Shown here piece by piece: positions 13,660 to 26,447 of a DNA stretch of 64,000 bases. The notes under the pieces are model-generated. The model searched no databases. It had not been told where the DNA came from and was given only the letters and a program-made list of their open reading frames with translations. Position numbers and translations under genes: made by a program. Source of the DNA: Takakia lepidozioides (taxonomy: Eukaryota > Plantae > Bryophyta). Positions within the stretch are counted from its first letter, which is position 1. Each line of letters begins with the position of its first letter. The stretch covers positions 62,930,001-62,994,000 of the forward strand of contig CM060731.1 in assembly GCA_030704615.1 (NCBI GenBank). Direction: 5' to 3'.

Positions 13660-16600
13660 ATGTCGGGGTGGAGTGGCTCCCGGAATCTCGGAATGGGTGA
13701 GAGTGGCGGTTCGTTTGTCAAGTGTTTCGCGTTGTGGGTGCTGGGGATGTGTATGATGGAATGCTGCTATGGGGAATCCTTCAGCTTGGAAATCATGCAC
13801 AGGTTTTCTGATAAGGCAAGGGACCAACTCGAGGCCCGTCATGGTGAGCGGTTTCGGCCTTGGCCTGCGAAAGGTAGTGTGGAGTATCACCGAATGCTGA
13901 GGAAGCGCGATTATTTTCGCCATGGTGGCCGGATTCTAGCAAGCAAAAATAAACAGTTAGTGACTTTCTTTGAGGGGAATTTCACCCAGCAGCTGTTTGG
14001 AGGGTGAGATTCTCTCTGATACAGATCTCTTCCAAGTTCACCTCTCCGCTCACCATTCTCCTGAACATTGAAGTCCTCTGGAAGGGAATTGCGCCCTCTC
14101 ATTTGCTCATTCTGGAGTTTGAAGCTCCTGCTTTATATGAAGTGGATTTATAATTTCTTCGTATAAGGCTTGTGATGCTTCTTTTCAATGCGTGAACCTC
14201 TTCAAGCTCGAGTTATAATTCTTTGAAGTTGTTGAATCCGATCCCTGGGAAAGTCGGGTTTTATTCATATGACCTGTTCTAAGTATCGGCTTCATGATTG
14301 ACAGGTCTGCTGGCTGTACAGGTTGCATTACTCTTACGTGGATATCGGATCTCCAAGTGCAGCATATCTGGTAGCATTGGACACTGGGAGTGACCTTTTA
14401 TGGCTGCCCTGTCAGTGCATTTCTTGTGCCCCCACAGACGCTTCAAACTACGCACCTTATATTGTAAGGCTCTCTGAAGACCCGGTGAAGTAGTTTCTTT
14501 GTGGCTTTCAGAAACCCCTCTTCCATCGGGAATAGAAATCTGACCCAAATTTATGTCTGATCATAGAAGATTGCCATTCTTTGGGATGCTCCAGCTTGCG
14601 GAAAGTAGTGTTTATGTCTCCATATGACTGACCTCTGGTATGTATGCTGTGGGGCAGAACAAAAGTTTGAGTGTGTATAATCCAACGGCTTCCAGAAGCT
14701 ATAAACCAGTGAGCTGCAGTAACTCGCTGTGTGACAAGGCCAAGAATTGTTCAAAATCAACCAATGAATGCCCCTATGAAATTGATTATCTATCAGCGAA
14801 CACATCCACTTCAGGGACGCTCGTAGAGGATGTTCTGAATCTCATCCCGGAAGCTGGCGGGGCAACTATTAGTCCATTGGTTGTGTTTGGGTATGAGGAT
14901 TCCAAGCACATCACCACCAATTGTTTTCTCGCTTTTGTAGATGTCGACGTGCCTCAGTTGTGAACTACAGACGATGAGTTCTAGTTTTGAAATTTATGTG
15001 TCTCTTAATGGAACCTCACCTATCGAAGGAGAGTTGTCTCGAGGGAGTGAGAATGCATCTGATAGAGCATTAGGCACTTCATCCCGTGGATTAAGGTCTT
15101 TAATAGCGCCTGCCAACATTTTGAGTCAGGAGCTAGCAGGTGGTTCACTTCTTTGAGGCAGGTATATACTAAAGTGTAGATAGGCGTGTCTTCTTGGGAC
15201 TTGCTTTTTCCCAACTGGGTGGTCTCTCTGTTCTGTCCTCTATGAATGTTACAGCGGAACGTTTATTCACTACAGGTGTGGGAAGAATCAAACGGGCTCA
15301 TTTTTGGATGGTGCTGCACCGGACGGACTTCTAGGACTGGGGATGGGAGACATTTCCCTGCCGAGCACACTGACAAGGGCAGGAGTAGCGCCAAACTCGT
15401 TCTCCATGTGTTTTGACAGTGACGGATCGGGAAGGATTGTGTTTGGAGATAAGGGTCCCGTCAAGCAGCCAAGTACCCCATTGTCGGGAGACCCTAATGC
15501 GTAGTAAGTTCTGATTTTGCAAGCTCCGATCTAATCTGACTGTTACTCTTCTTTGTTTCCTTGTCGAATTCAAGTTTGACATGGATGGAATCTCAACTGG
15601 GCGGAATCTTCACAAGAGTTGCCCATTTGCGTACTGGGCTTAGTCAGCTGCTAGGTTGAGTCCTAGTCCAGGTTTGGGAGTTGAACCAGCCCCGCTTTGA
15701 TCCAAACAGATATTCACGACTTCATAAAGATGGAGGCAGCGACAAATGGTTGGATTGACCCTCATTTTCACAGGAAAGTCAGTGACTTGAGAGCCATTTA
15801 TCTGTCTGGCCTGTCCCACAACCTGAAAAAATTAACACGATTCCGAATGCAGAATTGATTGGTCTCTTGAGTTAGTGGTTCGAGGTTTTGCATTAAAGTT
15901 TCATAGATCTCTTGTTCAACTAAGCAACCCTGAATCCTACTTGTCTGTCTGGCCCTCGTCACAGCTCCACGGCATACCTTGTGTTCGTTGAGCAAATCAT
16001 GGTGGGCACTACGGGGATCTCTTTCGGGCAGTCGGTTCTCTTTGACACTGGAACGTCCTATACATACTTAAATAGCAACATCTACACAACGACAGTTGCT
16101 ATTGTGAGTTTTCCCCACTGCTGGAGGTTAGCACTTTACTTTAGTGCTCCTTTCCTGTCAGGTGTTCCTGTTTCATTTGCCCCCCAAGTACTCAACTGAA
16201 GCATAGAAGATGGTTGGAAACAATTTTATTTCAGTGCATTTCTGAGATTGCATCTGAGGGTGTGCTTATAGATTGCGCCCAATTGCGTGGTCTGCATTTC
16301 ATGCTATTAGTGTAAAGTGACATCCTTGTTTCTGCATTCTGGCAGTACAACTCCCAGATATCCTTACCATCGCTGAAGGTGGACGGCTTTAACTTATGTT
16401 ATGAAGCAAGGTATGTTACAATTTGCAATAGCGGAACTTGTTGCATCTCGATCAAATGCATGCCTTTTTATGTAATTCCTTCCATCTTTTTTGTTATGAT
16501 ACTGAAGTTACTGCTGTGCATCAAACCGTGAGCAGTCTTTTTCTCTTAAGCACAGCTTTTTGCACAGTTGCCATTGCTGGACTAATTGTCTCCTGCAAAA

Positions 16601-19600
16601 TTAAACACTCCCTATTATCTTTTGAAGTGTGCACAGGCAGGTGAAGGCGCTTGTCTTGTTTGAGTAAATCCTTCTAAAAACGAAAGGATGCCATTGCAAG
16701 TCTTCAAGGAAACTAGGTTTGGTATGACCTCAGAGCCAGTTATTCAGTCAGATTGGCGGATTAGGTCTAAGATCACTGGCATTCAATTTTCAGGGTTTGT
16801 TTGTTGACCTGCAGTGATCCCAGTAAGGTTCTTGTCCCCATCATTACTCTGGGCTTTGCAAATGGGACCACCTTCCAAATTTCTGATCCACTAGTAGGGA
16901 TTTACAATTCTAAGGTTGGTTCCCTCCTACCTCCATGCAGTAACAAGCTTGTCCTCTTGCCCCTTTTGTGAGATTCTAGAGCTTATCTGTGCAAAAGTTT
17001 CTTTGTCAACCACATGGTGCTTTGCACCTGTCATATAATTTTTGTGTGAATACCAAGACTGGATTATCTTTCCACCACGTCTTCTGCAAGAAAATTTGTT
17101 ATCATAGAACTACTGATAGAAGTAGCTTAATTTAGCATGGATTGATACTAGAACTTCCTTGGAAACTGCAAGGCATCTTTGAAGAACCTTGAGGTAACAC
17201 AGATTGAACCCACTGTAGGTAGGTAACAGGCTGTACAATTGCGCTTTTATATGGCTTCAGGGCTTTACTCGAGACTGTATTGTTTTTAAATTGAATCAAC
17301 TGGAATATGAACTGCAGAGGATAAGTGAGGGTTGAAGGCAATCAACCATCAGGTAGAGATTGTTTTTCATCATGGGGCTGATGACGGAGCAATTAAGGGT
17401 TACATCACTCTGTGCTAAGATTTTCTTCTCGTTTTACAGACGGGCGGACTTGTTGGATTCTGCTTGGCAGTCCTTGACAGCCAAAGTGATATCAACATTA
17501 TTGGCCGTATGTGTTCTCCTCCATCCTCCACATTCACTGATGGTGTCTTAGTGCATTCACATGACTCTTGTGGCTTGAAATCCTGGGTCTTACAGCACCC
17601 ACCTGGACTGCCAGCAAGCTTTTACAAATCACCCTTGGAACTACAAAAAACGTGGAAATCAGTGATGAGTATTGGAATGTCAGCAATAATCTATTTTCAA
17701 TTATATGATGCTACCATTTTTCCACCTCCTTTTTAACTGACTACGTTGCTTTCTTGCGGAAGTGTTATTTCCTTGTGGGATTCTCACAATGGTGTCTGTG
17801 GTTGTGGTACAGAGAATTTCATGACAGGTTACAGCATCACTTTCGATCGGGAGACAATGAAGCTAGGTTGGTATGCAACTTCCTGTAAGTATTCTAACAC
17901 CAACCAGATAGTGAAATGTTCTGCATGTGCTTTGATCCTCTGGTTTCTTATCGGAAACCAAAGTTCTTTGTCAAAAAATACTGCATGCTGGTAACTCAAG
18001 TGTAAAACATTGGACGACGTGAGAAATGGACTCTATTCTGGAACGACATTTCTGTACAACTCAACAAACTAAATCAAAACGGAAATTTCCATTCCTTAGC
18101 CGCAATCCGACCCATTTATTGGAAAACATCTGTGTTAGGATAGAAAACCTTTTGCAACGTTCTGCACTCTTATGACGTCTTGACCTGTCAAGTTCACTAA
18201 ACTGTACAGATGGGATGGATGAGCCATCCTTCCTCTGGCTAAGTATACCTCGGTCTCAAAACCGTTGGACTATCCTCCTTATGTTTACTGTTGGAGTATC
18301 CTCCTTCGGGTGGCATCATCTCTCTCTCCCTCTCTATCTCCATCTAAACTGGGGTCTGTGGCCACAAGGCTACGGCAAACGTCTTGAACGTCAAATTCTC
18401 AAGGGAATTGTGCCTGTACCCCTGTTTACCAACTTTGAAAGTCTCGAGGCTGAGCCGAAATCCCAGGCCCTCCTGAGGCCTAGTTTTTGGGCAAATCACA
18501 CACAGCAGATTGATGTTTGTGTGAAGGGATTTCTAGAGGATATCTGGAAAACCCGAATTAATTCTATATATCAAGGTAAGTCTTACTACCAACGTCAGCC
18601 CCTGACAGAGGTAGGTTCTGTCCCTTTTGTTCCCGCTCAAACTGGGCGCGGGGTCAATGGCCACACGGCAAACAACGTCTAATGAGTACAATCTCTCCGC
18701 CCAAACTGGGCCCAGGGTCTATGGCCACAAGCCTATGGCAAGCGTCTTATGAGGGCATTCTCTCTCTCTCTCTGTCAACTCTCTCTCTAAGTTAGCTGAT
18801 GTATCCAAGCTTCTCAACATCTGCTGGTATACCCATCATAACTTTGATCCTTAGTTTGAGTTGAATAGGGCAAGCAGTTCATCTCTCTTCCCATGACAAC
18901 TTGTACTTTGCCTGACTAGATGATGAAGATAGACTTTCCTGTGACCAAAATTAGCAGCAGTTTGACAGGATAATGTTAAGGACTTGCATATTACAGGTTA
19001 CAAGTATCAATACAAGTACCGAAAATCCTCCGGCCCGCGGTCTCTTGGCCAAGCAGATTGGTATCTGGTGGTTTTGGCCGTTCTCTTCTTACTGTAGAAG
19101 ACGAGACCCAGTTAACTTCAACCCAAGTGGAAGCTTTACTCTCTTGGGATACTCCATCTACTCAAAGGTCTATCAAAACTTGGACCTTTCTGCACAAGTG
19201 ACTTGTCATAGCATCCCTGTAAAAGCCCAAATGAGATGAGTGAAGGGTTCACTGGATCACTGATTGACTTTTTCAGTGAAGAAACTTAATAATCACAGGT
19301 GGACAAGAATTAAAATATGGAGAAAAAAAAGAGAATGTGAAATGCCCCATGTCTATCTCAGAGTGTCAGGAATATGAGCAGTGAACACACTACAACAGAC
19401 GTATGAATCACATCCGTACTTGCATCTTACAACAACCAATTGCTTGCATGCTTGACATTTTATTCTGGGCCAATCATGTTCGTCTATGGAGGTAGCACTA
19501 CGGCTGAACAAGCAGGAACATGAACAATTTTCTGTCTGGCAAAGAAGGAGCAAATTGTCCATGTCATAAGCTTTCTCTAAAGATTGATCATGGTGGTTTA

Positions 19601-19930
19601 ATGGGTTGCTTGCTTGCATTGGCAAATTGGCAAATTGTGGCTGCAGGCTATGGATCGAATCAAACAGAATCACTGCAAGCACCTGTACCAGCCCCTGCAG
19701 TGGTGGCCCCAGCACCAGGCCCCCAAAAAGCTGGCTCCTCGTCATCCTCCTCTCCTAGTCCCTTGGAGTCACCTCCTCCTGCACCTGTGCAATCTTCTCC
19801 AGAGGTCCCAACCCCAACATCACCTGAGGCCAGCCCACCTTCAAGTGCAGCAACTATTCTAAGCCCACCCTCAACGATTTCAGTGTTGATAGCTGCACTT
19901 TTTTTCCTTACTTTTCAAAGACAGTGGTGA
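13660..19930 (+). CDS. Pepsin-family (A1) aspartyl protease, APF1-like, with Pro/Ser-rich tail and probable GPI anchor. Exons 13660-14003, 14322-14463, 14658-14890, 15276-15503, 15965-16103, 16346-16410, 16815-16914, 17440-17506, 17813-17884, 19647-19930
   Basis: Signal-peptide-like N-terminus and FSLEIMHRFSD prosegment. Catalytic Asp 1 in LHYSYVDIGSP...VALDTGSDLLWLPC. FGCGKNQTGSFLDGAAPDGLLGLG. Catalytic Asp 2 in FDTGTSYTYL. NIIGQNFMTGYSITFDRETMKLGW. All introns GT-AG with consistent phases; hydrophobic C-terminus. Confidence 0.93.
18352..18773 (+). repeat. Short CT-microsatellite-associated repeat, family B, three copies (18352, 18651, 18715) in protease intron 9
   Basis: Consensus GGGTCWATGGCCACAAGGCTACGGCAAACAAYGTCTTATGAGTACAWTCTCTC; also in DPM1 introns. 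Confidence 0.7.
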
Positions 19931-20754
19931 TTCTCACTCAGCATAGCTCAAACCAGTTTCAAATTCTCTTTGATTCAGTTGATGGTGGGCCCTGCACAAC
20001 AGCACCAGCCAGCAGCTGCATGGACTTTGAGATGACAACCATACCACACTCTCATGCTTTCTTCTTCTTCTTATGGGATATTTATTAGTTTAGATGGGGT
20101 ACTGAAACCCCTGGTGAAGGAGGGCAGTGACCCCCATGTCAAGAAAGAAGCTCAGCCTTAGTTATTCTGGCATCAGATCTTTTCTGTCATGTTCTATCCT
20201 GTTGCCTAGGAGAATGGTAGATGAAAACCTGGACCAGTTTGAGGATGGCAACTGGAATGGGTCTGCAAGCACCTTCGTGCATCGTAGATTCATAACATCA
20301 CACTGAATGCTTTTCTGTTTCATTTGTGGTCTGTTCTCTGCAGATGCTAATTTAAGAGCACAGTTGCAATCTCTCATTTGCAAGTTTCCCTGTGCATGTT
20401 GGAGGTGTGGAGTTGAAATATCGAAGTAGAGAGATGAGGGACTCTGTTTGGAATAGATACAAACAGTATGTCTGATTCAAAGTATTCAACGTGGATGTCA
20501 TGAATAATCCAGCACCTCAATTGCCATCACCTTTGTGCGTATGCTTGTACCCAAGACACGTCATTCAGAAAACCCTCCAGAGATGGCTTTCAAAGCGGAA
20601 ATCTCTCGTACACCTGTGCACAAGCCGGGAAGCATGGTCAGAGCCGCTGCCCTCCAACTGTACCCGTCTTACGAGCAATTTTTTCCATGCCATAGCCTTT
20701 GCAAGGCGCGACAAATTATTAGGCGCGACAAATTATTAGCCGTGCGAAACTTTA

Positions 20755-20798
20755 GTCCCATATCGTTTGCCCAAGTTTGGTGTTCACCAGGGTATATA
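20755..20798 (+). promoter_or_regulatory. Plant snRNA promoter: USE GTCCCATATCG (20755-20765) and TATATA (20793-20798)
   Basis: One mismatch to the plant USE consensus RTCCCACATCG. TATA at -31 from the U2 start. A 17-bp tandem duplication (AGGCGCGACAAATTATT) lies just upstream. Confidence 0.88.
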
Positions 20799-20823
20799 GG
20801 GCGCCAGGCGTCCCTGGTACGGC

Positions 20824-21015
20824 ATACCTTTCTCGGCCTTTTGGCTAAGATCAAGTGTAGTATCTGTTCTTATCAGTTTAATATCTGATACGAGACTCAT
20901 CGAGTCTCATGATATTAATCTAATTTTTCTCGGGTGCGAGCCCTCTCGGTAGCTTGCTACCCGGGCCCGCGAGCGTCGTCTTGGTATTGCACTACCTCCT
21001 TGGCTGGCGCAACCC
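20824..21015 (+). ncRNA. U2: U2 spliceosomal snRNA, canonical
   Basis: ATACCTTTCTCGGCCTTTTGGCTAAGATCAAGTGTAGTATCTGTTCTTATCAGTTTAATATCTGATA is the plant U2 5' end. Branch-point recognition GTAGTA, Sm site AATTTTT, loop IV ATTGCAC, USE/TATA upstream. Confidence 0.97.
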
Positions 21016-21362
21016 TCCCCCGCGGGGGACCCTAATAACCTAATCAGGAGTTTAGGCAGGAAACTATCTTCAGCTCATTTTAATGTTGCGGATGTTGGCA
21101 TATATGAACTTTTCCACTGACGTAAACGGTTACCGAATCTTTGTTCGTTATGGTTTCCCATAGTTCCGTGAGTGCCCTATGAATGGGACAGTCTGCCTCC
21201 GATGCTCTAAACGATGAAGAAATCCACAGACTCTAGAAAGTAGACTTCTGCTTTGTATGTGCACACCGAAGATGCCCAAAAACGCTCTTCCATGCCAATG
21301 CAATTTTCAGTAGGGAAATCTCGAAGTCCTAAGAACGCAACGAGGGAAGAGATTGGGAGGGG

Positions 21363-21476
21363 ATGGCGGACGCCAGGGATCACGAATCGCACTGCCTTTA
21401 CAGCATGTTGGTGCCCACCTAGTGCGCACTGCCTGTATATCGTGCTGCTTTGCTATCTTCTCTTCAACGCTCTGAA
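21363..21476 (+). pseudogene. DPM1: Dead duplicate of DPM1 exon 1
   Basis: MADARDHESHCLYSMLVPT* (TAC to TAG at 21420-21422) plus a +1 frameshift. Donor GT kept at 21477. Homologous to 63182-63294; no further exons. Confidence 0.88.
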
Positions 21477-21989
21477 GTGAGCATTTTTTGGATCTGTCAT
21501 TTTCTTCGTTTGTTGATTTTGAATTCGAAGTTGTTGTGGAATGTGGCTGGTAGACAACGGCCTGTGGTAAACCTTTAGAGGCAGATGTGGCCGGTGATTT
21601 GAGCATTCTGATTTTCAAAGTTGTCTTCCAACTTGATTTCGTTGCCCTCTGGGTTCGGAGCCTTAACCTCCAACATGATTATCAGACTTCAAGTAGGCTC
21701 CACTTGCCGTCGTACGTGGTCCAGATGAGGAAGCACGCGTCACATTGGTGGCCCATCGGCAGGGTTGCACACATCAGGGACGTCACGTCACGTCGGACCT
21801 GACGCTGACACGACCAACGTTACGTCAGTTTTGTCGGAAAATCAGTAAAACATGAGTTAGATGAAAAATATGCCACGTAGGTGGACACGTTGTATTCCAA
21901 GCGACACCTTGGCAAGTGAATGAATTATTTTATAAATTACTCCATCCGCCAATAGGTGAGGTCATTTTTAAATCATTATTGTTAAATTG

Positions 21990-24900
21990 GTGCGATCTCC
22001 AAATGGTGGTGGTCGCAGAATTTATCTTATTTTTTAATAGTTGCGACCACCAGCAAAAAGGTTGTCGCAGCATTTTTTGTTTTTTAAAAATAGATTCGAC
22101 CACCAGCAGGGGTGTTCGCATTTTTTCTTTTCTTAAACAGTTGCGACCACCACTACTAGTGATCGCACAATTTTTATTTTATTTGTAATAGGTGCGACCA
22201 CCATAGGGGGGTGGTCGCAACATTTTTCTATTTTTTAATATCTGCGACCACCAGCATGGGGGTGGTCGCAGCATTTTTCTGTTTTTTTAATAGGTGCGAC
22301 CACCAGCAAGGGGGTGGTCGAAGAATTTTTATTTTTTTTCGGTTTTAAAAAATATTCTTTGTGACCACGAGCACGGGGGTGGTCGCAGCATTTTATTTTT
22401 TTTTAATAGGTGCGACCACCAGCATGGGGTGGTCGCAGAAATTTTCTATTTGTTTAATTGGTGCGACCACCAGCAGGGGGTGGTCGCAGCAATTTTATTT
22501 TTTATTATTTATTTTTTTTAAATAATCTCTATGACCACGAGCATGGGGATGGTCGCAGCATTTTTCTTTTTTTTAATAAGTGCGACCACCAGCATGAGGG
22601 TGGTCGCAGCAGTTTTTTAAAAAAAATAACATGCGACTTCCTCGTGCGACCTGGAGCGGTCGCAACATTGGACCTGATTCGTCAAGGGTGTGAGGCTTAG
22701 AGGCTGGAGGGTATATAAGGTGGTCCCAATGTCCCTCACTTCTTTTGTGGCAAACACTTTTGTGGCGAGTGAATGTTCTCTATTCCTTGAGCAAGAGTGT
22801 AAGCCCAAGAGGAGGGTGCGGACTTTTTGCTGTTGTGGCTTCCACCAGAGCCACTGCAGCAAATTGTCGAAAAGCACAATACTACATGGTGCATTGATCC
22901 ACTTGGATTGATGTCGTAGTGTTAAGTCATCGCATTCTGTTCTAACTTCTATTTGCTCTTGACAAATCTACCAAGTACACTAATGTTCTTCGTTCAACCT
23001 TAAGTCTGTGGTTAGGGTTTTGGGTGTGAGAATGAGGGAGGAGTGGATCCCTTGGTTTACCATAGACCCGCACAAAAAGGACGGTGTTCAATGCAATCTT
23101 TGTGCATTGAAGCTGGCGGGTCGCAAAGATCGCATGTTATATCACATCGGCTATAGAGATGGGAAAAATGCAGGGGTTAGTTTGTGCCCAAAAGCCTCCA
23201 TGCGAGTGAAAGCCCACTTTGCCCAATATGGAGGCAATATCCCATCGTCTCTTGATGTGGCCGCGGCTTTTGAGCCAAACACTCCAGGTTTCAAACTGTC
23301 CCTCAGAGTTGTACCCAGGGGGATTCTTGCGAGGCGTCTACTGTTCGTGGAGAAGCCGGTGGGTCAGGAGCAACACCCGATTATACGCCAGCACTTGTAC
23401 GAACCAGACCATTGAGGCAACAATCAATGCAAGAAGGCTTAAATTTGTCGCACTGGAGGACTCTGGATAAGAAGTGGGCCCAATTTTTCTACAAGGCCAA
23501 TATTCCGTTCAATGTCTCGAGGCTTCCTTCGTTTGTGACTGCTGTCAAAGCCACGTCCGATTCCAAGTCCACATACACACCTCCGAGTTATCGCGATCTT
23601 TGCACATGATTGCTAGAAGAGGCTATGTCTGACCTCACCCAAAAGGTGAATAAAAAGACAAGTGATTCTCTCCGGAAATATGGAAGCACTATATGTGCGG
23701 ACGGTTGGAGTTCTGTTACTAATCGTCCACTGTTCAATGTCATGCTGGTCTGTCCTGCGGGGGAACAATTTTTGGGATCCGTTGACACAAGCGGGGAGAG
23801 AAAAGATGCACGTTATCAAGCAGGGTTGTTGACGAGTTACATCGATAAAATTGGAGCTGATAAAATTGTCCAAGTGTGCACGAACAATGCATCTAACATG
23901 GTTAATATGGCCGATATTTTGATTGTACGATATCCCCATCTATATTACCAAGGGTGTGTTGCTCATATCTTTGATCTCCTTTTGGAGGATTGGGGAAAAG
24001 AATCATGGATGAAACAACTAGTAAAAAGGGCAAAGTCGGTTGTGACGTTCATACGTACACATCACATCCCTCTGGCATTGTTTAGAAAGCATGAACCCAA
24101 ATACAGCCTTAGGAACCCGGGTGAAACCCGCTTTGCCACAAATTTTTTGATGGTGGATCGACTCGTGACTGTGAGGGCGGGTCTGGAGCAGGTGATCATT
24201 GACCCTCAATGGGATGCGTATGTGGGCACCTTACGCGACTCTCATAAGTCCAAGTCTTTGAGCAAAAGTCGGAGGGTCCGCGCAACCATTCGCTCCGACG
24301 ATTTTTGGGCGAAATGTGCAAATTTTGTGTACATGGTGGAGCAGGTGTTGCGGGAGTTTGATAGAAAACAACCAATAATGGGTAAAGCATGGTTGATATT
24401 GGAAAACCTTGAGAAGCACGTGCAATCCTTGAGGCATCCTCCATTTTCTATGGACGATGATTTGGCGGCAAGGACCGAGGATGTATTTTACGACCGCAAA
24501 CGGATGGTTCGCACGGACTTGCATTATGCAGGGGCCTTGTTGAATCCATTCTTGCTGGACAATACGGATTTGAGAGACGATTTGGATGCCAAAGCCGGGT
24601 TTGTACGGGTCATCATGCAACTTGCGCCCTTAAACATGGCAAAGTGAGCGTTGTCCGAGTACCAGTACTTCTCGGATCGGCAGAATCCTTTCCATGACAT
24701 GCCGGATCCAAAAGCAATGAACATATTGCCACATGAATGGTGGGATCTGATTGGAGCTGGAGCAAGAACGTTAGCTCCCATTGCAAAGCGTATTCTTGCT
24801 CAAGTGTGCTCTGCCTCGTCCTGTAAGCGAAACTGGAGCAGTTACTCGTTTGTTCACAGCAACAGGTTGAATCATGCCAGGGCTGACAAATTGGTTTACG

Positions 24901-26447
24901 TCTACATGAATTGTAGGCTACTGCGAGAGAGGAGAGCAAGTGACGCATCTGCATGGTACGAGAAGAATCTGTTGTTTAAATAATCTGCCTCAGAGGTCCA
25001 ATCTAACAACAATGATGACACTGACGCCGCGAGGGACTCTGACTCCGACGGTTGGGATGGGTCCGATGATGTGGGCAATCCTCCACATGACCCATATGAA
25101 TTTAATGACGATGATGCTGTAATGCATCCATCCTTCGATGACCTTGTTGTTGATGAACTGCGACATGGTGTCATCCCAATTGCAGACCCCCTTCCCCCAG
25201 TGGAGCACACTCTCAACAATGAAGTTGAGGTCAACTCTCCCCCACCACGAGTTCCACGGACTGCGAGAGATGTGCAGGTCGAATCGTCGAATGATGACAA
25301 CCGGCCGTTGTCATTCTTTCACCGACATCGTGCCCCTGTGAACCATGCTTCATTTCACCCCGCTCCATCTCATGTTTCTCTTTCTCAAGCCGATCCATCC
25401 CATGTTGGTCCATCTAGTCTCTCTCCCCCTCATGTAATTTCTTCCATCGCTACTCCGATCCTGGGAGATGGTTCTTCTGCTGCGAGACTTCTGCAAGTCG
25501 AACCATCAGATGACGACGATCGGCCATTGTCATTTCATCTGGCCCGACGACGTCCGCATGTGAACCGTGTTCCCTCGACCCTCGCTGATCCATCTCATGC
25601 CCCTTCCTCACATGTCGGCCCCTCTGATGTACGTGCGAGTAGCCTTCCTCATACGAGACCTGCTCCAAGGCCACCACGAAATCCGGGACAAGCCTAGAAA
25701 CGGCAGAGAATTATGCAACCTTTTGTTGGTGACCGACCTGTGAACAGGCCTGATACCCTAGATGGTATTCATGATAGGAGTGGAAATCGACCAGAGAGAC
25801 AACTGAACACCTCCGAGGACGACTACAGGTCCAACGGTCAGTTGCCTCTGGAAATGAAAGAACAGATGGAGATCATGATTCTAGCACTGATCATGGGAAC
25901 GGGAGTGAAATGAGTGGGGACGAAGATTTTATACTAGACGTGAGATCATACCATTGTCGTCGTGCCAGACGGAATTAGGTGCAGCTATAACTTCTGTGAC
26001 CTGTCACATGATGTGTAGTATGTTTCCATGGTTCAATTTGGGTACATGCATACGTGTACGGAAATAAAAATGGTGGAATATGTGTACCCAAGAAAGGATT
26101 TGGTGGTTATGCGTGTGTTTGTGTTTCGTCATTACCTTTACATTGTTGATTTCCTATTATGGTTTCGAAAGCCACAAAAGCCAAGTGCAGCTCCCAATAT
26201 TCATCTTCCCATTCACAAATCCATGGGAAGTCGATACATGTGCTTTTCATCTGCCTCTCCAAACATACATACAGGTGCAAGGGGGCCAACCTCCTGGTGG
26301 TCGCACCTATTTTTAAAAAAAACAATTGTGTGACCACCAGTAGCGGTCGTCGCAACTGTTAAAATAAAAGAAAAATGTTGCGACCACCCCCTGCTGGTAG
26401 TCGCACCTATTTACTGATTTACTGATCACCCCTGCTGGTGGTCGCAG
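21990..26447 (+). mobile_element. hAT-superfamily DNA transposon with palindromic subterminal arrays at both ends (degenerate)
   Basis: About 12 copies of TGCGACCACCAGCA-GGGGG-TGGTCGCA at 21990-22610 and about 4 reverse-complement copies at 26282-26447 flank a transposase. Exact TIR and TSD not located. Confidence 0.8.
23008..24983 (+). pseudogene. hAT transposase (BED zinc finger, DUF659, C-terminal dimerisation domain), disrupted
   Basis: BED-like W...VQCNLC...RMLYH...C. WAQFFYKANIPFNV, TICADGWS...RPLFNVM, IVQVCTNNASNM, GCVAHIFDLLLEDW, PGETRFATNFLM, LHYAGALLNP, EWWDLIG...LAQVCSASSCKRNWSSYSFVH. Stops and frameshifts split the ORF. Confidence 0.92.

Noticed and set aside
21025-21050. ACCCTAA(T/C)AACCTAA after U2 as a telomerase RNA template (U2-TR dicistron idea)
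   Set aside because: Not a 1.5-repeat template of TTTAGGG or TTAGGG, the downstream sequence differs between the two copies, and no TR-like terminal stem or terminator is visible.
21200-21490. Apparent long box C/D RNA (ATGCTC..CGATGA...CTGA..GAGCAT plus T6), or U6-like antisense motif, downstream of U2, with seemingly compensatory changes between the two copies
   Set aside because: The conserved block translates as DPM1 exon 1 and its 5' region, CTGAAGTGAG is the splice donor, and the box C-like motif and T-run are not kept in the second copy.
21990-22610. CRISPR-like array of palindromic repeats
   Set aside because: Eukaryotic context, degenerate repeats, low-complexity T-rich spacers, no cas genes, and mirrored on the other side of a hAT transposase.
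25071-25913. 208-aa Pro/Ser/His-rich ORF after the hAT transposase as a separate gene
   Set aside because: Low complexity with an internal duplication and no recognisable domain; most likely the disordered transposase tail past a premature stop.
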